61,362 nt of DNA from Minisyncoccota bacterium (GTDB taxonomy: Bacteria; Patescibacteriota; Minisyncoccia; Phycocordibacterales; Zambryskibacteraceae), in NCBI GenBank assembly GCA_020059045.1, contig JAGVCW010000018.1, positions 91,320 to 152,681 of the forward strand, read 5' to 3'. A model generated the notes under the pieces. That model did not search any database, was not told where the DNA came from, and was given only the letters and a program-made list of their open reading frames with translations. A program made the translations under genes and the position numbers. Of the stretch, positions 1 to 8,707 are shown one piece after another; the stretch's first letter is position 1; every line of letters begins with the position of its first letter.

Positions 1-507
1 AAGAAAAAAATATGTGTCGGGAAACATTTCACCTTCTTTTGCAATTTTTACAAATATTTTCGGGTCAAAAAGTGAAAACTGTTCACTAAGGATTTCTGCA
101 GTTTGAGCATTCGACAAACCTTCAGGGATTGTTACTCGCAGAGGAACCAAACCATATTCCCCTCTCACAACTCTGCTTGCAATTTGTAACACTCCTTCCG
201 GTTTAGCAAAATAGTAGTCTCCAGCGACCACACCCTTTGATCCCCCAAGTGCAGTCACCAGAGCTTTAAACCAAAAGTTAGAATGTACATAATGATTTTC
301 CTGCAGGACACTTGCGACCTCGGAAAGTGTGGCTCCCTTTTTTATCTCGAATGTTGTCTTTTGCGGGAAGCTTCCAGGAAACATCCACAGAGAAATATTT
401 AGAACTCCAAATAACCACACAAGCAGAAACACAAGAGAAAGAATAATCTCCCTCTTTGTGTTACTCGTAACAAAAGTATGTATTGTCTCTCTAAAGTCAT
501 TTAGCAT
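1..507 (-). CDS. mltG: MltG/YceG-like endolytic murein transglycosylase, N-terminal 169 codons (gene continues past left edge)
   Basis: Hand translation from the ATG at 507 gives MLNDFRETIH..., one TM segment, then the AGDYYF, VTIPEGLS and EGEMFPDTYFF blocks typical of the YceG family. The frame is open to nt 1. It is absent from the ORF track because there is no stop in the window. Confidence 0.75.
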   Translation of the reverse strand, partial: MLNDFRETIHTFVTSNTKREIILSLVFLLVWLFGVLNISLWMFPGSFPQKTTFEIKKGATLSEVASVLQENHYVHSNFWFKALVTALGGSKGVVAGDYYFAKPEGVLQIASRVVRGEYGLVPLRVTIPEGLSNAQTAEILSEQFSLFDPKIFVKIAKEGEMFPDTYFFL

Positions 508-528
508 TGGCCGTATCTATCAAGATAG

Positions 529-1770
529 TTATATAGGTAAATTTGCTGGAGCCTCAGCCTTTTTGGACACTAGACGCGCAAGAGTAGGTGTAGCTGAAAC
601 TTCACCTGGTAGATGGAAAATGGTCGCAAGCTCTTCGACACTCAAAACGAATGGCTTACCCTCAAAATGTTTATATGGTGGCTGGAAGAAGGATCTCCTC
701 TTATATGAGTCAATGATTATTCTTTCTTTCTCTCTCTTTCGCCTACCACGGAAGTCCTCCCATGGGTAAGCTATTCCAGTACTCCATTTCGGTGCAAAAC
801 CATTCAAGTTACTCGATCCGTACTGCTTGAAACCTCCCATAAGCCCACCAATATTTACTGGGTTGTAAACTTCTTTTTCTCCTATATAGACAGCGCGTAT
901 CATGGTATCGAATGCAAGCTTCCCTATACTTCTTTCAATTGCAGTTATGGTTTCCTTCTGAACTTCTGTTAGATCACTGAACTTCAAAGTTTTTCCCTCT
1001 TCCGGCTTTATATAGGATTCCTTCAACACTTTTTCAATTTCTTTTTTTGCTGCATCCTTCCAATCCTTTCTCACTGGGAATATTGCATCCTTCAAATCCA
1101 TTTTTCTGTGCGCCTGTATCATTATCTGAACCCAAGCTTGTTCCCCACGTTTTAGAGAACCCATAAATTCAAGCATGGGTGTCATAGGATCGATCTTGAA
1201 TTCCTCCTTCGGATCCTTATCTAGCCCGTAATCCATATAAGTTTTTATAGGGTAGGGATCAGGCTTTGTGAGTCTCATTTGTGCTCCCCAAAGCGAAATC
1301 TTGCTTGGATTATATGTAAAGTCCCGCGTGTAATCAGGCACCTCATGGACTTCAACGTTAGGAAATTGAGAATAAACCTGTGCCTCGACAAGATTTTTCA
1401 ATTTAGCATGCGTCCATATGAAAAATTTTACTTGTCCCTCAATTGACACAATCTCAAGTGAAAACCAGGCTCGCACCCTACCCTTCAAGTAGACGTCTAG
1501 GTAACTGCCAACAACTGGCTGGTGCAGAGCTCCTAGCATGACTTCCATTGCGGCCGGAGATTTACTCATCAACTTCGGAAGTCGAAGTTCTAGAAGCACA
1601 CTTCCTTGCTCAAGTATCCACTTCGAACGAATGTACTCGAGATAAACCTGAATAAAAATTGAAAAAAGAATTATAGGAAGCCAAATAGGTAAGGTCTTGA
1701 GGAAAACCCCCAGAACTGTAGAAAAAAGATCATTGCCAAACAATGCAAAGAATTCGCTAAAAACAGACAT
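529..1770 (-). CDS. conserved membrane protein of unknown function (Patescibacteria-type family)
   Basis: 413-aa ORF with N-terminal TM helices. Its stop lies 21 nt before the mltG start, so the two are a likely operon. The LLELRLPK...AMEVMLGALHQ...WFSLEIVS block resembles a widespread CPR hypothetical family. The family name is not certain. Confidence 0.75.
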   Translation of the reverse strand: MSVFSEFFALFGNDLFSTVLGVFLKTLPIWLPIILFSIFIQVYLEYIRSKWILEQGSVLLELRLPKLMSKSPAAMEVMLGALHQPVVGSYLDVYLKGRVRAWFSLEIVSIEGQVKFFIWTHAKLKNLVEAQVYSQFPNVEVHEVPDYTRDFTYNPSKISLWGAQMRLTKPDPYPIKTYMDYGLDKDPKEEFKIDPMTPMLEFMGSLKRGEQAWVQIMIQAHRKMDLKDAIFPVRKDWKDAAKKEIEKVLKESYIKPEEGKTLKFSDLTEVQKETITAIERSIGKLAFDTMIRAVYIGEKEVYNPVNIGGLMGGFKQYGSSNLNGFAPKWSTGIAYPWEDFRGRRKREKERIIIDSYKRRSFFQPPYKHFEGKPFVLSVEELATIFHLPGEVSATPTLARLVSKKAEAPANLPI

Positions 1771-1853
1771 ACCTAATATTGTACAAGACTACTACTATAT
1801 TTTCTACTCTTATTACAAAAAGTCGCATTCATAATTAATGAATGCGATCTATA

Positions 1854-2405
1854 CTATCGCTTACGATTCGCTGGATGTGTTAGCCACATGAAGTTACAGT
1901 ACACACACTCCTCAATGTGCTTTTTTATTTCCCTGAGAACTTCTGGAACAAAATCTTCATCGCTACAAGCTTCTATATCACTATCTGACCAGCACTCCAC
2001 AGTTGGCACTTGCATTAAATGAGGATTGTCACCGAGGCAAGCCAAACGATTTCTGTACACATCACGATCTTCTCGTGCATGAGCAATTTCCCTGTTGAGC
2101 TCCAATTTTCTAGTAACGACATATTCTCTGGCTGCCCTAGACGTGATTGGAAACATGGACATACGTGAGTAGAAAGTCTCCAGACCAACACCACTCACAT
2201 TTTTTTCATCAAAGTAGAAGATTATTTCCTGTTCAACCATGTCGTCTAGGGTCGTAACAAGAAATGTCCCTTTCTTGCGATTTACTCTTGTGATAACCGC
2301 TGGACACCTCATATTTTGAAATTCACTTGGCAGTGCTCGCTGGTACGTTATGAAGGTACCCACCTTGATATCCCTGGGTATAAGTCTAGTGTGCACTTTA
2401 GGCAC
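1854..2405 (-). CDS. hypothetical protein with C-terminal C-x24-H-x3-C-x2-C (ZAS-like) motif
   Basis: 183-aa ORF with a GTG start 5 nt after AGGAGG. A TTGACA/CATAAT promoter sits in the 2406-2541 spacer. The motif is ECW...KKHIEECVYC. Confidence 0.7.
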   Translation of the reverse strand: MPKVHTRLIPRDIKVGTFITYQRALPSEFQNMRCPAVITRVNRKKGTFLVTTLDDMVEQEIIFYFDEKNVSGVGLETFYSRMSMFPITSRAAREYVVTRKLELNREIAHAREDRDVYRNRLACLGDNPHLMQVPTVECWSDSDIEACSDEDFVPEVLREIKKHIEECVYCNFMWLTHPANRKR

Positions 2406-2541
2406 GGTTTCCTCCTTTGAAAAGGTTCATGGCATTTACATCTGTGATGATTATGTATTAAATATGCAGTATGTCAATTTCAAAACAAGAATCCTCATTT
2501 CTGAGAATTTTTGTAAAATTTTAATATCTAATTTTTAAACT

Positions 2542-3579
2542 TTAATTTACGATATGGTATTTCCCTTCTTTGTCTTTCGTAAAGAATTTTGGATTCTGCA
2601 AGTTCACAACAATAGTATTCTCTTTCACATATCTTTCTTTCAAAACCTTCTCTATGATCTTATCCTTAGTTAGAGGTCCGTGTTTCTCAATAATTTTCTT
2701 GATGACATCCTTCACCACACCCGATAGATAGCCCCATTCTGCTAGTGCATACAAACCTCGACCCACAAGCACAAAGCGTGGATCCTTAATAAGCTCGTTG
2801 TGAGTAGTAGCCACATGAGCTTTCTTGTTGAAGTATTGTGTAATTGCTTTAGCCACCTCCTTGAAGTGAATAGGTGAACCATGCTTGCGAATTACCAAGA
2901 ATGCATAATCTCTCATACCTTTTGCATTAACATTTGGTGAAGAAGTCTTTCCCCATTCACCAAGCGGATTCTTACTAATCTTTTTGGATAGAGTAAGCCA
3001 CCTCTTAAGTATTTCTTCCTTTTTGTATTGTTCGGATACATCCTCCACGTATTCGAGGAATGAGTTGATCATATCTGCTTCAAGAAGCAATTCGTCGTCA
3101 GAAAGTGAATTGTAAAGTTTCTTAAGAGAGAAGTGGATTTTCTCAGACAAGTCTTTATCCACGTGCCATCTATGCTTGAAGTCACCGTCTTCCTTTTCCT
3201 TAGTAAATTCCTCACCAAGAACAAGCATGAAATGCACATGGTTCTGAGTTTCTTTTTCCTTACTTACATGTTTTAAAAGATCCTCTTCAGAGACCACACC
3301 GCCAAGAGATGTGACAAAGTCCTTCAACTGATCAAATGCTGGCTTCTCCTTACCATACTCCTTAGATTTTCGAATATTTGCTATAGAATGGTTTTCAATT
3401 TGGCGCACTCTCTCACGGGTGATCCCGTATTTCTTGCCGATACCCTCAAGTGTCATTCTGCGTGCTCCATCAAGACCATACCGCTTAAGTATTACGTCTT
3501 TACCTCTAGGCGAAAGGGCTGAAAGTAGCCTCTTTGTTACTTGTTTTGGCTTAAATTTGATGGTATTTGTTTCACTCAT
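2542..3579 (-). CDS. sigma-70 region-4-like HTH protein with C-terminal HARE-HTH-like domain
   Basis: The N-terminus has MTLEGIGKKYGITRERVRQIENHSI (region 4.2-like). The C-terminus has HGSPIHFKEVAKAI...RFVLVGRGLYALAEWGY (HARE-HTH-like). No sigma regions 2/3 are recognisable. Confidence 0.7.
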   Translation of the reverse strand: MSETNTIKFKPKQVTKRLLSALSPRGKDVILKRYGLDGARRMTLEGIGKKYGITRERVRQIENHSIANIRKSKEYGKEKPAFDQLKDFVTSLGGVVSEEDLLKHVSKEKETQNHVHFMLVLGEEFTKEKEDGDFKHRWHVDKDLSEKIHFSLKKLYNSLSDDELLLEADMINSFLEYVEDVSEQYKKEEILKRWLTLSKKISKNPLGEWGKTSSPNVNAKGMRDYAFLVIRKHGSPIHFKEVAKAITQYFNKKAHVATTHNELIKDPRFVLVGRGLYALAEWGYLSGVVKDVIKKIIEKHGPLTKDKIIEKVLKERYVKENTIVVNLQNPKFFTKDKEGKYHIVN

Positions 3580-3693
3580 AATAATTTTTATAATCTGACA
3601 CTTATCGGCTATTAATGACTACTCACGTTTTTTGTGTCTCTATTTGTAGCATATAGTACTTTTTGCGTCAACACTTGTCAACAGTATTGACAT

Positions 3694-6600
3694 TTAACCA
3701 AGAACAAAGTTAATAATCCTCTCTTTTACATAGACTGTCTTTATAATGGTCTTGTCCTTAAGCCACTTATCCACTTCCTCCATGGCCTTGGCTCTTTCTA
3801 CTACAACACTCTCTTCTGCCCCCTTTTTAATCACAAGTGTCGCTCTAGTCTTACCATTCACTTGGACAGCAATCGTAGAGGTCTCTTCTAAAATTAGAGT
3901 TTCATCAAACTCTGGCCAACTTTCGGTGTGAATTGAGTTATTGTTTCCTAGGTCATGCCAAATCTCTTCCGTAACAAAGGGAGCAAAGGGTGCAAGAATT
4001 TTTAGAAAAAGTTCCAATTGTTCCTTCGACACAGATTCGCTTTTCTCAAGTTCATTTGCACAAACCATAAGCGAAGAAACTGCTGTGTTAAATCTCATTT
4101 CCTCAACATCTTCGGATACCTTCTTTATAGTTTTATGTATTGTCGAATCAATCTTGTTTGCTTTAGGTTGTTGGCTGTTGGTTACCCTGTCTGCAAGTTT
4201 CCAGATTCTTTCTAAGAATCTTCTTGGGCCAATTATTCCATCGCTTGACCACATTGCCATCTGATCAAAGGGGCCGACAAACATCTCGTACAGTCTCAAA
4301 GTATCTGCACCATATGTTTTGACAATGTCATCAGGGTTAACTACATTTCCTCTCGATTTGCTCATTTTCTCACCACCTTCCGCAAGAACTATCCCGTGAG
4401 AAGTCCTCTTTTTGTACGGTTCAGATGTTGGAACAATCTTTAAATCATACAAAAATTTATACCAGAAACGTGAATAGAGTAGGTGTAAGGTTGTGTGCTC
4501 CATACCTCCGTTGTACCAATCTACGGGTAACCAATGTTTAAACTTGCTTTGTACATCATCACTAAAAATTTCTTTTGAAACGAGCTCTTTTGACTTTAGA
4601 TTGTCCATAATGCAGAAAGCAAGAAAGTACCATGAGGATCCTGCCCAGTTTGGCATTGTGTCTGTCTCACGCGTTGCAGAACCCTTACAAATTGGGCATT
4701 TAACATCCACCCAAGATCGAATATTAGCAAGCGGCGACTCCCCAGTATCAGTTGGTTCGTACTTCTCTACTTTAGGTAGTTTAACTGGCAGGTCCTTTTC
4801 AGATACTGGGACTATTAAATGCTCTTGACCACTAATTAGTACATAATCCTGACCTTCCTTTAGTTCCTTATTATTTATTCCTAGTTCCTCCCAGCAAGTA
4901 CGACAATACATGACTGGTATTGGCTCTCCCCAGTACCTTTGGCGTGAGAATATCCAGTCACGAAGCTTGAATCGAGTTACGCCTTTACCCCCAATAAACT
5001 GAACAATTTCATTTTTTGTTTCTTGAGAGCTTTGACCAGTAAATTTGTCTGAATTAATCATAATGCCCTCACCGGTCCAGAGAGTGCTTGGATTCATTAG
5101 AGTTTCCCAAGAATATCTATGCGAAGCTGGAAGGTGAAACTTCTCCATCTCACTCTTCGTGAGCCAGACAATCTCATGAATATCATTTTCTCCATCTGCT
5201 AAACTTTCTCTTTTGTCATCCTGCAGTTCAAAGTAAAGAACATAAAAATGTGCAAATCTATTTACATCCTTTGGAACATGGAAAAACTTTGCATGAGTTC
5301 GAGGTAAAGCTTTCACAAACTTTAAGTTCTGATATCCTGTCTCTTCTCGAATTTCAGCCAAAGCCGCTTCTTCAGGAGTTTGATTATTTTCTACTCCTCC
5401 AGTTATAAGAGTCTCCCAATTTACTTTTTTCCATTTAAGCCCAATGTACTTGTCATCTCGCCAATGTTTAACTATGGCTGTAATAGCAACTCTCTCTACC
5501 CACTCTTTATCACTTCTCACCTTTCCAGGTTCTGTCTCTTGAATAAATATAGGTTCGATTACTTGTCTAATAGGTAAATTGTGGCTCTTGGCAAAATCAA
5601 AATCTCTCTCATCGTGTGCCGGAACCGCCATGATAGCTCCCGTTCCATAGTGAGGTAAAACGTAATCAGCTACCCAGATAGGAATCTCTTCCGATGTGGC
5701 AGGATTAATCGCGACCACTCCACGAAGCAGAATGCCTGTCTTTTCACCACCTAGGGCTGTTCTATCCATCTCAGAACGCTTCGTTGCAGTCTTTATGTAG
5801 GCTTTAACCTCCTCCTTGTTGTCTAATACATCGTGATCGTTATCAGTTGCAAGTGTTACCCATATGTGTTCGGGAGCAAGCACAACAAATGTGGCACCGT
5901 AAATAGTGTCAGGTCGTGTTGTAAAAACTTTTATAGCCGCTTTCTCACCTTGAGGGCCTCTATTCTCGTTTAACTTTGGTTTACTTTTGAAATCTAAAAG
6001 AAATTCAATTTCAGCACCCTCTGACCGGCCAATCCAATTTTTTTGCTGACTCTTCACTCTGTCTGGATAATCTGCGGTGTCTAAATCCTTATCGAGTCTT
6101 TCTGCATACTTTGTAATAGCAAGCATCCACTGCTCCTTATCTCTTTTTTCAACTGGCGTTCCACAGCGTTCACACTTACCATCAACAACTTCCTCGTTTG
6201 CAAGCCCAATTTTATCTTTCGGACACCAATTAATCGGCATTCGAGCTTTGTAAGCAAGACCATGTTTCAAAAGTTGCAAGAAAATCCATTGCGTCCATTT
6301 ATAATATTTTGGGTCAGATGTACTAACCTCCTTTGACCAATCGAATGAAAGTCCGAGTGAGTTAATTTGCTTTTTGTAGTTTGCAATATTTTTCTTTGTT
6401 GTGATCGAAGGGTGTACTCCAGTTTTAATTGCAAAGCTTTCTGCCGGAAGACCGAAGGCGTCCCAGCCCATTGGGTACATTACGTTATTACCCTCCATCC
6501 TTCTTTTCCGAGATAAAATATCAAACGCCGTGTAGCTCCTCACATGTCCCACGTGCAGACCATCACCAGATGGGTAAGGAAATTCCACAAGTTGATACCA

Positions 6601-6702
6601 TTTAGGTTTCGTACCGGACGAAATGTCGGCTTCATAAATTTTGTCTTTTGCCCACTTCGCACTCCATTTTTTTTCGATTTTACTAGGATCGTACTTTTTC
6701 AT
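3694..6702 (-). CDS. leuS: leucine--tRNA ligase with ~155-aa Nudix-like insertion
   Basis: 1002 aa with HVGH and KMSKS class-I motifs. CP1 editing blocks TTRPDT and GTGAIMAVPAHDERD are present, as is RDWIFSRQRYWGEPIP. Confidence 0.97.
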   Translation of the reverse strand: MKKYDPSKIEKKWSAKWAKDKIYEADISSGTKPKWYQLVEFPYPSGDGLHVGHVRSYTAFDILSRKRRMEGNNVMYPMGWDAFGLPAESFAIKTGVHPSITTKKNIANYKKQINSLGLSFDWSKEVSTSDPKYYKWTQWIFLQLLKHGLAYKARMPINWCPKDKIGLANEEVVDGKCERCGTPVEKRDKEQWMLAITKYAERLDKDLDTADYPDRVKSQQKNWIGRSEGAEIEFLLDFKSKPKLNENRGPQGEKAAIKVFTTRPDTIYGATFVVLAPEHIWVTLATDNDHDVLDNKEEVKAYIKTATKRSEMDRTALGGEKTGILLRGVVAINPATSEEIPIWVADYVLPHYGTGAIMAVPAHDERDFDFAKSHNLPIRQVIEPIFIQETEPGKVRSDKEWVERVAITAIVKHWRDDKYIGLKWKKVNWETLITGGVENNQTPEEAALAEIREETGYQNLKFVKALPRTHAKFFHVPKDVNRFAHFYVLYFELQDDKRESLADGENDIHEIVWLTKSEMEKFHLPASHRYSWETLMNPSTLWTGEGIMINSDKFTGQSSQETKNEIVQFIGGKGVTRFKLRDWIFSRQRYWGEPIPVMYCRTCWEELGINNKELKEGQDYVLISGQEHLIVPVSEKDLPVKLPKVEKYEPTDTGESPLANIRSWVDVKCPICKGSATRETDTMPNWAGSSWYFLAFCIMDNLKSKELVSKEIFSDDVQSKFKHWLPVDWYNGGMEHTTLHLLYSRFWYKFLYDLKIVPTSEPYKKRTSHGIVLAEGGEKMSKSRGNVVNPDDIVKTYGADTLRLYEMFVGPFDQMAMWSSDGIIGPRRFLERIWKLADRVTNSQQPKANKIDSTIHKTIKKVSEDVEEMRFNTAVSSLMVCANELEKSESVSKEQLELFLKILAPFAPFVTEEIWHDLGNNNSIHTESWPEFDETLILEETSTIAVQVNGKTRATLVIKKGAEESVVVERAKAMEEVDKWLKDKTIIKTVYVKERIINFVLG

Positions 6703-6742
6703 ATGTACTAAATATAGCCCTAGTTAAGCCATTTTTACAGCC

Positions 6743-6772
6743 TTGACTTTTTTATATAAAGTGTGATATAAT
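6743..6772 (+). promoter_or_regulatory. sigma-70-type promoter (TTGACT, 18-nt spacer, TGATATAAT)
   Basis: TTGACT at 6743-6748 and an extended -10 TGATATAAT ending at 6772, about 28 nt upstream of the ATG at 6801. Confidence 0.55.
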
Positions 6773-6800
6773 ATAGGTAGAACCTTCACAAGGAAACAAT

Positions 6801-6968
6801 ATGCTTGCAAACGTGAGTTGCTGCCTCACAGCTGTCGCCTTGATGGCAGTCGGTGCACATGCTGGGCACACGGCAGTATACGTGAACGGCTCCATCTTCT
6901 TCGGAATTGCCATGTGGCTGCTTCGAAGCGGTACACCGAATCTTCGCCCTTCACGAGCAAGGAGGTAG
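6801..6968 (+). CDS. small hydrophobic protein (55 aa)
   Basis: Hand-found ORF MLANVSCCLTAVALMAVGAHAGHTAVYVNGSIFFGIAMWLL..., preceded by AAGGAAA. It is G+C-rich and flanked by a promoter and a terminator. It is below the ORF-track size cut-off. Confidence 0.4.
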   Translation: MLANVSCCLTAVALMAVGAHAGHTAVYVNGSIFFGIAMWLLRSGTPNLRPSRARR

Positions 6969-6969
6969 C

Positions 6970-7074
6970 ATGCACATTGCTGTAGCAATCGTAGTATCGG
7001 TAGCCTTCGCCTTCGGGTACACCTGGTGGCGGACGAATTCTTTCCTGCGTGCCGTCGATAAACACGGCCGCTAA
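6970..7074 (+). CDS. small hydrophobic peptide (34 aa)
   Basis: AGGAGG lies 4 nt upstream of the ATG. The product is MHIAVAIVVSVAFAFGYTWWRTNSFLRAVDKHGR. A terminator follows immediately. Confidence 0.4.
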   Translation: MHIAVAIVVSVAFAFGYTWWRTNSFLRAVDKHGR

Positions 7075-7078
7075 ACCA

Positions 7079-7115
7079 CACCCCCTCGCAGTACGCGAGC
7101 GGGGTGTTTTCTTTT
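7079..7115 (+). terminator. rho-independent terminator
   Basis: G+C-rich hairpin CACCCCCTCGC / GCGAGCGGGGTG (one bulge) followed by TTTTCTTTT. Confidence 0.7.
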
Positions 7116-7230
7116 GGTATTGTATCTCCTCCCCAATTCAACTACTTACCTGATTCAACTCCTTTCTCATTTATCTGTCTACTAACTACTACTTACTTAA
7201 TACTGTCTACTATTTACTCTCTACTGTTCT

Positions 7231-8160
7231 CTATAGTTTAAACGGCGGATACCTATCTGGGTCAACTGCTCGGGAGAAACATTGTCTTCCTTCTTCATGC
7301 TGCCAATTTTCATTCTCCATTCCATCGTAATAGTAAGCACTACTGTAACCCGGCTTCTCGGCCATGTTAGTTGAGGAAGTATTGAATGTTGCACAGAGAT
7401 CAAAACTTAGCGGACCAGTAACCATGTATTCGTAGCTTTCACCGGTTTGAGGGTCAAGGGGAATATAGTTATAAGAAGAAAGTGGGTCTTGAGCATCATC
7501 TAGAGTTTGTGGAAGTGCTGACTTAGATTGCCAATATGACAATATCTGGCTCTGGATGTTCTGTAGATCAGAAACTTTTTGATCATCATATCGTGCAAGT
7601 CTTTGTGTTCGAGGCGACCCGATTACAGTGAACCCAGAAACAATAGAGCCGACTACCAATATCCCAGCTATTATTCTCCACATCATGCGACGAGAACCTG
7701 TTAGCCTGTCACGAAGATCATCCACGTAGTATCCGAATATTGATCCAGCAACCACTAGAATTGATAGCACTTTGAGCAAGAATCCTCCTGTGAGCTCCCT
7801 GCCATCAAGGAAATAGTATATTAGCGTTACCAGGTCTCCTGCAATTATAAGACCGGATACAAATAGTGTTATATACACAAGCCATTTTCTGAGACCACTT
7901 TCTTTTTTGGCTGGGTCACTCGCATACCCTTTGCGAATCAAGTTCGCAAGGATAAGGAAGAGTGGGAAAACAACTATGAGTGTTGCAACAGGTAGGCTGA
8001 TCGACGAAACAAAGAAGTACCTATCTGTCTGCGGATAGGCAACGTTAATAATAGTGAATAATAAGTTGAGCAGTGCCCCTGTTCCCACATATAGTGCAAC
8101 CATTGCACCCAAGTGAAGGAAAAAGTCCTTAGCACTAATTCTTGATTTATTTGGTTCCAT
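7231..8160 (-). CDS. multi-pass membrane protein (DUF5671-like N-terminus, recollection)
   Basis: 309 aa with about 5 TM helices, then a soluble C-terminal domain. The AKDFFLHLGAMVALY opening is typical of that CPR-common family. Confidence 0.7.
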   Translation of the reverse strand: MEPNKSRISAKDFFLHLGAMVALYVGTGALLNLLFTIINVAYPQTDRYFFVSSISLPVATLIVVFPLFLILANLIRKGYASDPAKKESGLRKWLVYITLFVSGLIIAGDLVTLIYYFLDGRELTGGFLLKVLSILVVAGSIFGYYVDDLRDRLTGSRRMMWRIIAGILVVGSIVSGFTVIGSPRTQRLARYDDQKVSDLQNIQSQILSYWQSKSALPQTLDDAQDPLSSYNYIPLDPQTGESYEYMVTGPLSFDLCATFNTSSTNMAEKPGYSSAYYYDGMENENWQHEEGRQCFSRAVDPDRYPPFKL

Positions 8161-8225
8161 TTAATGAGTATAACACAATTTCTGTTACAAAAAATGCATC
8201 GAAAGTTTCAATGCATTTGTCTCCA

Positions 8226-8456
8226 CTAGTCTGGCTTGTTTTGTTTTGCAAGCTTCTCTGCCTTAATCTGCGCTCTAATTTCCCTAATTGCTTGCTTGTA
8301 TTCAACAATGGACTTCTCGAGGGCTTTCTTTCCTCTTGAACTTTTAATTTTCATTTCTATCAGGGAAAGTCCGTATTCACAATTTTCTATTAATGCGAGC
8401 AACCTGCGTATTTCACCATACGGCCCTGTACCTGGAACTCCGAGTGTCATATTCAC
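8226..8456 (-). CDS. hypothetical small coiled-coil protein
   Basis: 76-aa ORF with an AAAGGAG RBS. The terminator hairpin AATGCAT..ATGCATT plus a T-run lies at 8185-8215 on the minus strand. Confidence 0.55.
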   Translation of the reverse strand: MNMTLGVPGTGPYGEIRRLLALIENCEYGLSLIEMKIKSSRGKKALEKSIVEYKQAIREIRAQIKAEKLAKQNKPD

Positions 8457-8524
8457 TCCTTTTGGGTCTGAACCCAGACTAGCATATTATTAATGAGTGC
8501 AGTGCAATAAAAAAAAGCACAATC

Positions 8525-8707
8525 TCACTTAGGAGATGTGCTTGCTACTCCAACCACCACTTTCATATCAAGTCTCTCTTGATTGTGGATTATGAGACTT
8601 CCTATCGCTTCGTTTACTGACTTGCCACTACCTTTTACCCGGAGGTCCCCTTTTAGGTAGCTCTCAAAGTGATCACCTACATGGTCAACAATAATATCTT
8701 GCTTCAT
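8525..8707 (-). CDS. hypothetical small protein (60 aa)
   Basis: The start overlaps the stop of the upstream ORF by 4 nt (ATGA). A terminator hairpin AGCACA..TGTGCT plus a T-run overlaps its stop. Confidence 0.5.
   Translation of the reverse strand: MKQDIIVDHVGDHFESYLKGDLRVKGSGKSVNEAIGSLIIHNQERLDMKVVVGVASTSPK

Noticed and set aside
329-769. 146-aa plus-strand ORF, and many similar 60-130-aa ORFs antisense to leuS, uvrA, mrdA, pgi, priA and others in the track
   Set aside because: They lie entirely inside, and antisense or out of frame to, genes with unambiguous family motifs. They have low-complexity or Ser/Leu/Arg-rich composition and no SD or promoter. They are shadow ORFs.
6752-7141. 129-aa and 79-aa minus-strand ORFs in the G+C-rich segment after leuS
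   Set aside because: Their sequences are Arg/Cys/Pro-rich and non-protein-like, with no SD. The plus strand has a consensus promoter, two SD-led small ORFs and a terminator that explain the segment better. High G+C inflates spurious ORF length.
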